Positions 47,701 through 57,223 of a stretch of DNA of 57,223 nucleotides are shown here, piece after piece (positions within the stretch are counted from its first letter, which is position 1; each line of letters opens with the position of its first letter). The notes below the pieces were generated by a model. It made no database searches. It was not told the DNA's origin and was given only the letters and a program-made list of their open reading frames with translations. This DNA is from Hyphochytrium catenoides (lineage: Eukaryota > Protista > Hyphochytriomycota). Where the stretch lies: assembly GCA_900088475.1 (NCBI GenBank), contig FLMG01004416.1, positions 1-57,223 of the forward strand. The letters are read 5' to 3'. A program made the position numbers and the translations under genes.

Positions 47701-50360
47701 CATTGTTTCATGCTTGTCATCTGCCCCAAGGCACCGCTTGAAGCACTTTGCGGCCCTAAGTATGCGGCCTCACTTTTTAATCTTGCTCGCCCTATTTGCT
47801 TTCTAGGATGTGGAGGCTGTTTTAGAATGGCAGGCCGCGAACACCGACGTCTCCTACGTCGTCAGAGATGGCTCTCTGGCCTTTTCTTACTATCACATTC
47901 TGTATACCTTTCACATGGCCAGGTTCAGCTTCCTCTCTGCAGCAAAGGTACAGTTAGACTGAGGGCTTCCATACCTCTCGGCGTTTTCTCTTTTCGTCCT
48001 CTCGTTTGATCACCTGTGCTCCGCTGGCGAATGTGTTGAGCTTTCTCTCTTTTGTTTTATGTTTGAAGCTCCTTACACGTATGATGCCAGCATTGAGCCT
48101 AGCAATGAACTCTTTCTTCTTTCTTGCCGCTACGATGCATCCTTCAGGCAATGGAGAGTCTATACGAGCGACTCCAGACTGAAATCACTCCAATGACGGT
48201 GAGAGCCATCCAGATGCAGGTTCGTTGCCTGCTGACCGCCAGAGCAGCCCTTCAGCTTGTCAAGCCTCAGGATCAGTGGCTTGTGCGCCAGGCGACAGTC
48301 ACTGCCGGGCAGAAGGGCAGGAGGAGACCTAGAGGAGAAGAAGGTAATGAAATCTTCGGCACATATGTTGGCATTACTAAGAGCTATAGATTCCAAAGTT
48401 TCACTGCCCCACCGACTCGATATCACCTTCGTACTTCGTAGTGCTACCTCCATATTCCTCTGTCCTGGCTCCTGCCGAACTATGGCCTTAGAATCTCTTC
48501 TCTGCATCGTAGCCTGCTATTGACACTTTTTGGAACCTTGCTGCTCGGTGTGCAGGACCTTTAAAGGCCCACAATCATCGTCGCCTGGAGATTATCACCC
48601 TTGAGACGATAGAACAGAAGCTAGCGCTCTCAAGAGCGAAACTTAAGCTTGCTGAACATCAGCATCGACTGCAAACCGAAGAAAACAGGATGCTCCATAT
48701 TCCTTTCTCCTCCTTGTCCCCACCGGATGCCCTTTCTCTCCTCGTGCAGTTTGGGTTCATGGAGCCTGCAGTAGAGCTTGCTCTGGCGTTCAAACTGGAC
48801 ACGGACCCTATTATTGGCGCATTGGCACAAAGGAGCGTTCTGCTACAGAACCCTCATGGGCTGACCTTGGACGTGGAGCTGCATTTTGATGAAGAAATCG
48901 GTGGGCGGTGGTCATCCCCATTCCTCCTGTTGGATCCTCCTGCCTCATTTTTGGTTAACATTTCCTAGTCCGCCGAAGCTTAAGAGAAGTCTGCTGGACC
49001 ACTATCTGATTGACTATCATCATCTTGTCTTCCTCCTACGCTTAAGCCATGGCTTCGTGATTGGGCTCTAGGTCTTGCCTCTAATATACTCCCCTTATCT
49101 TCCAGAGGGAATATCGCGCCCGGACAAGGCACAGCGTGGGTTTGATCTCCTTCGTGAGCTACTACAACGCCTGGACTCTATTCGTACCAACTTCCAGGCC
49201 CACGTGGCTGCGGCCGAGGCCATTCTATCAGTCGATAAAAGAGTTGCACTACCCCGATGGTCAGATCCTTCTCAAGCAATCTCAATTGTCCCATAGTTCC
49301 GTCGTACATAACCTTCTGGCTTTAGGTTTCTTACCGTTTAACCCTGGCTTTCTTTATCTGTGATTGCTCTATCTTACTGGCATGTCATTGACAAGCGTTG
49401 CTAAATGACTCTTGTCGATCGTTAGGCTGGTTGACTCTTTTCTGGGCTATACGCCTCGCGGCCCTGTTCACTGCAGCGATGAGGGCACTCTCACCATTAG
49501 AAAGCAGAGCCGGGTTCCGGAGTTCGCAGGTGAGACTTGGCAACCTGTTGGTTTTGAATGCCACAGTTTCTTGTTAAGCACTTTCTCTGGTGTCATTGGA
49601 AAGTCTTTGCGGTGCTGCTATTCTTGATTGGTGTCCTCTTCGCGAAAGCTTTGCCCTTCCCTATTTACTCGCGCCGCACTAGGCAGGTCTCCTCATCGTT
49701 TGGCCTTGTTCTTCAGTCTACGTTTCTGTGCTACCCTGTTACTCACCTCTCTAACAACCTATCTTTTGTGGACAGGTTCTGGAGCGAATCCTGCGGCTTT
49801 GGTTCGCATTTACCTGAAGCACGGGCTCCTGACAGAGGCATGTCGCCTTTGTTCAGGTCTCCTGGCCTTTCCCGATAGTGAAGAAAGGAAAGACCAGCTA
49901 CTTCATAGATTTGTCACAGAAAAGAGGTAAGGAGATGGTACCAAATATGCAAGAATCGATAAAGGAATGCCAGGATGAAGGATGGCGTAGATGTTTGGCA
50001 GACAACAATCTCAAAGTGGAATATTGCACGACGAGAGTCACACTCATGACAGGCCTCTGGGACATAAGAGACAGATGAGAGGCGGGGACCCCTGTGCCTG
50101 TTCATGTGCACTAAGAAAGATCCATATGCAGGCCGGAATATGTGCCAAGTACTCTGTTGGACCAATTGCTTGCCACCTGCCATAGCTCCTTAGCAGCAGG
50201 CTCTTTGACAGGTATTGGCAGCGAGGGAGAAGGAGAGAAGTCTCCCATTCTGGAGCTACAGGCCGAAGTCGCAGTGCTAGAGGAGAAGCTCCGGCATCAC
50301 TATAAATTCCTCCAAGTGGTGGATCATGCTAGGACGATAGAAGAGAGACGACGGCTATAA
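41751..50360 (+). CDS. NUP160: Nuclear pore complex protein Nup160, many exons (contains an assembly gap)
   Basis: N-terminal HREVP, RFISWK and VHRLFFP. C-terminal IFKSALEAEDYEQAYNAM, CLVLVLCDKG, FYYHILYTFH, ITLETIE, LLVQFGF...AVELALAF, NPAALVRIYLKHGLLTEA and VPSTLLDQLL. Stop TAA at 50358-50360. Not every internal junction was traced. Confidence 0.88.
43337..43382. other. Assembly gap (46 N) inside Nup160
   Basis: Run of N. Confidence 1.
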
Positions 50361-50596
50361 AGACATGGGAAGGAACGCTAAAAGCAAAAACCCACTGGAC
50401 TGATGGAAAGGGGAAGAAGTCTTCCTGCGTCCACGGCTGCTAAGGACGGTCCCTTTCTCGTCCTATACGCTCCTTTATAGATATTATCTGAGTACAGCGG
50501 GATTAGTACTCCTTTTCTGCCGTGCCAAGCATGTGTCTTCTACCTCCTCTCAAAGCTATAACAAGCACGGGAAGAAGGATACTTTATTACTTGCTT

Positions 50597-53508
50597 TTAC
50601 ATTCTGAAGACTCCAAACTTTGTCTTTTCCTGGGGCGCATTAAGGCAAGCGCCGAGACTTAACCCGAGCACTTTCCTTGTGTCTTTGGGATCAATGATGC
50701 CGTCATCCCACAGCCTGGCTGAGGAGTAGTAACAGCTTCCCTCTCGCTCATACTTCTCGAGGATAGGACGTTTGAACTCCGCATCTTCCTTCTCTGTCCA
50801 CTCCTTGCCTGCGCCAATAGTTAGACTGTAGCAATCGACTCACGACAGAGGGAAAGGCGAAGGACAGAACTCCAGGGAAACGAAATCGCACTTTAACAAA
50901 GTTCCCGTGGTCCATGAATCAAGAGACAGCCCACGTCTTCTTACCTTGAGCTTCGGCATTATCCTTCTGGATCTGAGCCAGCACATTCGCTGCCTGCTCG
51001 CCTCCCATCACACTGATACGGGCATTAGGCCACATGTAGAGGAACCGAGGAGAGAAGGCCCTGTGCCAATAAGAGAGGACGTTGCAGTCAAGAAAGGAAA
51101 GACGGGAGTGTCAGAAGTCGAGACATAGAGCTAGCCGAGGTAGCGCGATCAAAAGAGGCCAGGACATAGGGTGCTATCATAGAGACCTTATTCATCTACA
51201 GAGTATTTGGGACGTCGCAGCTCGACGACGAAGGGAAGGTAGCTCAAGTTTAGCCCGTGGCTTTCGGTTCGCGCTGATGTCACTATAGTCCTCCACACAA
51301 CTACACCTGGTACTTCCCTCTCTTTCCTCTTTTACCATTAACGTTACCTGCCGCACATTCCATAGTTCCCTGCGCCATAGGATCCACCAATAATCATCGT
51401 GATCTTCGGGACCTTGGCATTGCTCACTGCCATCACAAGCTTGGCTCCATCCTTTGCGATGCCTCCGTTCTCGCTCTTCTTCCCAACCATGAAACCCGTG
51501 ATATTCTGCAGAAAGAGAAGGGGAATGTTTCTCTGCGTACATAACTCTATAAAGTGAGCACCCTTCTCTGCTGACTCAGAAAAGAGAATGCCGTTGTTTG
51601 CTATAATCCCGACAGGCATGCCATAAATCTTGGCAAAGCCGCACACTAAGGTGGTTCCATACATGGCTTTGAACTCATCAAATCTGTCATTGACCACGAG
51701 AAGGGGGTCACCATTAGAACAGAGAACGGCAGATGACTGTGAATGCGCTGAGTGTGGAGGACAAAAGGAGTCGGCGCAGGTCAACGAAGAGGGTAACAAA
51801 GAGTCGGATCATCAGAGACAACATAGCTTACCGGCTGCCGTCGACAATCCTAGCAATAACTTTGCGGATGTCAAAGGGCTTTCTCGTGTCTACTGGGATG
51901 ATCCCTCCAAGCTCTTCTGCGCTGTAAATGGGCTCATCCCACTCCTGGGTGAAAGTCGGGCGCGCTTGTCCAGTCCCAAGGTTTGAAACGATTCGCCTTG
52001 TAATTGAAAGGGCATGGACATCGTCATCCGCAAAGTGGTCTGTTACTCCTGAGGTGCGGCAGTGTACGTCTGCGCCTCCAAGCTCCTCTGCCGTCAAATG
52101 TTAGGTCTGGTTATAGAAAACCATGGTCTTTTGAAGACTAAGTGCGAATGTGAAGGTACGGAGGGGTATGGAGGCTCGAAGAGAATGTGGATGTTGAAAA
52201 GAGCTAAGCACGGTAAACCACCGCGACGTTTAGTGGCAGTAAGCTAAGGACCGTGAATTTCAAGCGAAGGGCCAACGACACTTAAATAGCAGACTATGAA
52301 GCGCACCTGCAGTTACTATCTCGCCTGTGGCGGCCTTTACCAAGGGTGGTCCTCCAAGAAAAATGGTCCCATTTCCCTTAACGATAACACTTTCGTCGCT
52401 CATTGCTGGGACGTAGGCACCGCCAGCTGTACAAGAGCCCATAACAACGGCGATCTGAGGGATGCCAGCGGCAGACATATTGGCCTGGTTGAAGAAAATA
52501 CGGCCAAAATGGTCGCGGTCCGGAAAGACTTCGTCTTGACGGGGTAGAAAAGCGCCGCCTAGAAACGAGAAGAACGTGCAAAGCTATGGGTTAGAGGCTA
52601 AACGCAGCGAGTGTGCGGAGCAATAAATGAACGGTTGTTAGGCTCCTTTCACCATCGTGTTCTTTCACGGCCTCTTTCACCCTAGCACTACTGTTTTGCT
52701 AGTGCCTCTCCTGGCAGAGTCACTCCTGTCTACCGCCCATTCGCGTCCCAGACAACCTTCTTCCTAGCATTGCCAGATGGAACCCTTAAGAGCTTCTGCG
52801 ACTCTAAACAGCGCCAATCCCTCACTGCTTGCTTTCCGCAGTTTCGTCCAATCCTTCCATTGTCTCTTCACCGGGAACTGGCAGTAGAACTCTCCCATTT
52901 GCCCACGTCCTTCTGTCCTATTTGAGGATGGCCAAGGCGAACGTACCTGAGTCAACAAGATAGATACACGGCAAGTGGTTCTCCCTTGCAATCTCTTGAG
53001 CTCTGAGATGCTTCTTCACGGTGATAGGATAGTACGTGCCGCCCTTCACAGTTGCGTCATTGGCGACAATCATTACCTCCCGTCCTTGAACTCGCCCAAT
53101 TCCCGTCACAATACCGCCAGCTGGGACCTTGTCCTTGCCATAAAGCTCCCAGCCTGCCATAGGCGAGAGCTCAAGGAAGGGAGAGCCAGGATCTAGGAGA
53201 GCATTAATACGATCCCGGGCCACTAGCTTTCCTCTCTCAGTGTGCTTGTGGCGGGCTTTCTCTCCTCCTCCTTGCTGAACCTGATGAATTCTGCTGTAGA
53301 GCTCTTCTACCAATGCATCCATTGCCGTTTTGTTCTCATGGAAGTCACTGGAGGCCGTGTTGACTTCTCCATTTAGCACGTTGACCTTATCGAACAGGTG
53401 TGCAGCGGTGGGAGTCCGTTTGGCAATCTTAGGCGCCTTGCTCAAGAATGCTCTTTGAGCCCCAATGGCGCCAGTTAGTAGTCGCTGAGTGGCTCTAAGA
53501 CTCAGCAT
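50597..53508 (-). CDS. MCCC2: 3-methylcrotonyl-CoA carboxylase beta subunit, mitochondrial (6 exons)
   Basis: Presequence [11 protein letters not shown], then [76 protein letters not shown] and [12 protein letters not shown], ending FGVFRM*. Confidence 0.97.
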
Positions 53509-54177
53509 TGTTCCGTGGCAGAGGCTTCGACTGCTATGACTGGAATACGGCAGTTTAAAGCAAGACTGATCCTCAGTCCTAGCAGCAACACCGGGGATCC
53601 GTCCTCACCTTCAAGGTCCTGGATGCTCACTTCTTTAGGTGCCGTTGACCAGGTGGCGTTGCCCTGCAACTAGCAGCCAGTGGAGATGGTGAGGCTTAAT
53701 AAGGTAGCGATGCAGGACGCGGGAGGAGGTCAGACAAGATGAAGCCCCAAACAGGCCCACTGATGTGAGAAGACACGGGCATGTATGGAGTCAGTCCTGG
53801 CAGCACGTGCCGCGGTTGAGCTTGAAGCGTGGTGATGAGGTGCGTGAGGTACAAGCACTAAGTAGAGCTTGAGGGAAGTGCCTGATGGGATCCAACATCA
53901 GAAGCTCTGCACAGAAAGATGAGGGGATCGTGTCCACCTGCACTTGTTTAAAGGGTCCGAGTATAATGGCAAGGGTTATCGGCTTTGCCCGGTTCCATTA
54001 TGCAGATGACAAGTTGCCTATTCTGGGGTTTTCGGGGTTGAAGAACGCTATTGATAATCGAAACGGAGAAATGAGATCATCACAGTGTTGGTTTTTCTGG
54101 TTGTGGTATTTTAACCTCAACTTGCACTTGTTACGAACATACTGAACTTCAGCGTCTTGTCAGAGCACCTCATCATC

Positions 54178-54227
54178 AGCTCTTGTCAGCGTGTCTGAGC
54201 TCTTGTCAGCGCGTCTGAGCTCTTGTC
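54178..54227. repeat. 20-bp tandem repeat x2.5 (AGCTCTTGTCAGCGYGTCTG)
   Basis: Seen directly, with GCACCTCA copies at 54165-54172 and 54228-54235. Confidence 0.85.
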
Positions 54228-55050
54228 GCACCTCAATGAAGATCTTCCAGCTTCTACACCTCAAGCGGGTTTACGAACTTTATGATTATTTTGTTGTACT
54301 AGCTTCCTCCTGTACCATCAAGAAGAGCATACCATTGGAGAGAAGTAGATGGTGGGCTAGCCACCAGTCAGCTCGTTCAGGGTGCAGCGCTCAGCGTGTT
54401 CAATATTCTTGGCTACTGTCGGCGGCTGGATTACTTCATTGAACATCTGGTTCATAACGAAGGGACATTCTTCGTTGCCAGCGTTTGCACGAACCCATGA
54501 AGCCGACTCTGTTGCCTGACATCTCCGTCGTCCAAGTTACTGACTGCTGCTTCCCTCGGTTTGCCAATATGTTCAACGTTGTGTGGTGTCGGTGTTATTA
54601 ACTAACTAATGAGGAGCGTAGGTAGCTTTTGTACTAGTCAATACCTTAGCCAGTCGTGGAAGAGAGCCCTCGGCCGCCTTGCCATCAGTATTGCCCAACA
54701 TTATAGTGCATGGTCACAGCGATCCACTCCTAGTTGTGGTGTAACACAGCACTCCACTCCCATTTTATGAAACATATATAGTACTACCACAAAGCAATGT
54801 GAGAACTGCATCTCCCTTTAATTTATTACGGCTAACAGTTGCTCTATTCAACTCCTCGCGTAGGAGGGAGCCTCATCATCATTGTCACCAAGCGCCATTT
54901 GCAACTGCGGAAGGGCGGGCGAGGTGGAAATAATGAAGCCTCTATGACCAAGAGGCATGAAGCGAAAAGAGCAATGATGGCGGTGCGCTACTCTGCGATG
55001 CAAACTCTGAAGAGTACTCCTTGGCGATAGCACCACTTTTAAAGAGCCGT

Positions 55051-56339
55051 CTATACCATTGCTGCGCTCATCTCCGTTGTTTCAATGTCCTTATGAGAAA
55101 GTTTGAACCAAGGGACGAGAATGCTTGTGGTTGACTTGTAGCGTATGTACTCAGGGTTGGTGCCCCACCTCTCCTCCGACGCTTTTTCCAGCATTGGGAT
55201 GCCCGACACGCATGTCAACAGAAAAAGAACGAAAAGAGGGCTAAGGATGGCTAGCCACTGGATGCCCATAAATACAGTGGCGCACGTGCAGAACATCCCA
55301 ATCCAGAGAGTAATCTCCCCAAAGTAATTGGGGTGCCGACTGTACCTCCAAAGTCCGGTGGTAATGAAGTTGTCTTTGTTTTCTGGCAGCGACTTGAAAG
55401 CACTCTTTTGATAATCAGCTATTACCTCCACCGAGAAACCAATCAGCCACAGAGACCAACCAAGATAATCGGACCACTGGATTGGTTTGTCCTGGTCCTG
55501 TACACAAAGGACATAAATAGGGAGCGCTGTCAGCAGGACCCAGAGGCCCTGGACAGACCAGAAGTTAAAGAAGCGGAGTGGTCGCCTCTTCACTTCAGTA
55601 AAGCGGGAATCAGATCCATCTCTGTGAGCCAGATAGAAGAAGAATAAAAGAAGGATGCCATTAGTTGCTTATTGCACGTACGGACGGTCTTTGGCATGTC
55701 GCAAGCTTACCTCAAAATCCGCCGAAAGAGAAATAGCCCTAGTCTCAGTGCCCACACTATGCCGAGTATGGAGTTGACCACCTGTCGGACGTGGTGGTGT
55801 TGCGCAACAACGGTGATAGATGTGGTAAGGCAGACAATATATGTTACAGAGCCTGTAAGGTCGTAGAGCTTCTCGGTTTGATAGTATGCCGATGGCAAGA
55901 AGACCAGCCACTGCAGACAAAAGGCTAGCATCAGGACTATCCGAAGCTCAAGAAAATTCCCAATCAAAGCGCCTATCACTATCGCCGTGAGGGACACCAA
56001 GAGTGTCATAACGTCCGAGCACGAGAACTCCACCGAATCGTTCACTCCTTGTCCGCCCATCTGGAGAACATCCTCTTCGACTGCTATTGAAACATTCACC
56101 GGAGCTCTGCAGTCAGCCGTGGCAAAAATTTCTGTCGAAAGGTTCCTCAGACCCAACGACAACGATCTCTTGTTAGCGACGGAGAGTGCGGTTTCAGATT
56201 TCGCTGTACTCCCTCCTCCTGCCGTCAAAGAGGAATATGACTCCTCTGTTTGTTGAGACCCATCGGCATCACTGGCAGGGATTAGCGCCTGAAGCTTCTC
56301 TTTACCACCATTGGCTCCTCCGACGGGAGTGAAGAGCAT
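55051..56339 (-). CDS. DUF1295 / steroid 5-alpha-reductase-like membrane protein (start may extend to 56639)
   Basis: TEKLYDLTGS, WALRLGLFLFRRILR|DGSDSRF, FWSVQGLWV, EVIADYQKSAFK, FITTGLWRYSRHPNYFGEITLW and SGIPMLEK. One clear GT-AG intron at about 55622-55710. Confidence 0.92.
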
Positions 56340-57223
56340 CGTCCGTTCTGGTAGCCTCTGTGGACACCAACTGGTGGAGAGCTATCCACAGACGAAGCTA
56401 CCTCCCCGCTCTTCTCCTCCTCATTCAGAGCCGAAAGGCGGCAGACGCGAAGCTTTCCTCACTTTGCCTGGATGGCGAGCTTTGACTGTTAGGACCGTAG
56501 TAATCCTGGAAGAATGTGAAATGAAGACTGCACTTTCTGCTCGCGGTCGGCGACCTTCACTTCTTACGGCCAACCTTGGCGCGCCGTAGGCCCGCCCCAC
56601 CATCAACAGCAACAAAAGTGTCGTTTCTGTTGCCTTCATTCCTGTAGGCCAGCTTATTTAGAACACAATTATCATATATATATAATCTTAAGAATATTAA
56701 AGGTGATATCCCTGATAAAGACACTCATATGGCAGTTTGGAGTGTGGCTTTCAAGCAAATAACGTACTGACTCTTTTCCTATTGTTCGCTTTCCCTGAAA
56801 GCTTTCAGTCAGGCTAATAGCAATGGTCCTTTGGTATGAAAGTTATACAAAAGACCCCTCCATATATTTCACGTGTACAGTCTTGTGGCTGATGGGGTTT
56901 GCGTTTGTTATTCTGTGTACGAATAGGAGCCGCCTAAACAGTTTTACATGATAAGGACATTAGGACAGGACTGTTTAGGACGTGCAGCGATAGGGGGCAC
57001 GGAGGCATTGCTCTTTTTTTCTATAGGGAAAGCCATTGAAGTCTAGACTGGAAGAAACGGACAGTTCTAAATAACTGCCATGATGACATGATGACCCCAG
57101 CAGAAGTACAGAAGAGTACGAAATAAAAGGAAAGATACACCTTTGCTTCCTACAGTTCTTTTAGGACCTTGTTCTCCCTGATGTTCTATATCTTAGCCCA
57201 ATCCCTTTCCTTCAGCACTCATC

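Noticed and set aside
1-57223. Alternative genetic code or non-canonical introns in host genes
   Set aside because: All junctions I traced are GT-AG and keep frame, no in-frame stops appear in conserved exons, and genes end in TAA, TAG and TGA.
1-57223. tRNA, rRNA or snoRNA genes
   Set aside because: No convincing cloverleaf, rRNA or paired box C/D signatures were seen by eye; an Infernal/tRNAscan run would be needed to exclude them.

Overview
This is intron-rich eukaryotic nuclear DNA with GT-AG introns at every junction I traced, long (GA)n/(CT)n tracts and two N-gaps. From my recollection of the importin and F-box sequences the organism looks stramenopile-like, and an LRRC51-like gene suggests it is flagellated; both points are inference. 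I can reconstruct 11 protein-coding genes: importin-7/8 (3'-truncated), an RNF141-like RING ligase, an intronless AlkB-family dioxygenase, an ABCB9/TAP-like half transporter, an intronless secreted His-brace/LPMO-like protein, a histidine-phosphatase + NADK2-type NAD kinase fusion, LRRC51-like, a UIM + FBXO9-like F-box protein, Nup160, MCCC2 and a DUF1295 membrane protein. Between the genes are decayed relics of a Ty1/copia element, a probable Mutator-like transposase and a LINE C-terminus, plus unidentified pseudogene-like frames. The leading candidates for new biology are: (1) one spliced gene fusing an intact RHG histidine phosphatase to a NAD kinase behind a mitochondrial-type presequence, possibly a bifunctional NAD/NADP(H) switch; (2) a secreted copper His-brace LPMO-like protein with a ~400-aa acidic/Gln tail, sitting in a TE-littered island; (3) a fungal-type intronless AlkB, an HGT candidate; (4) three in-frame TAG codons that fall at three consensus Tyr positions of the copia relic. 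All family assignments come from motif recognition by eye; no database search was run.
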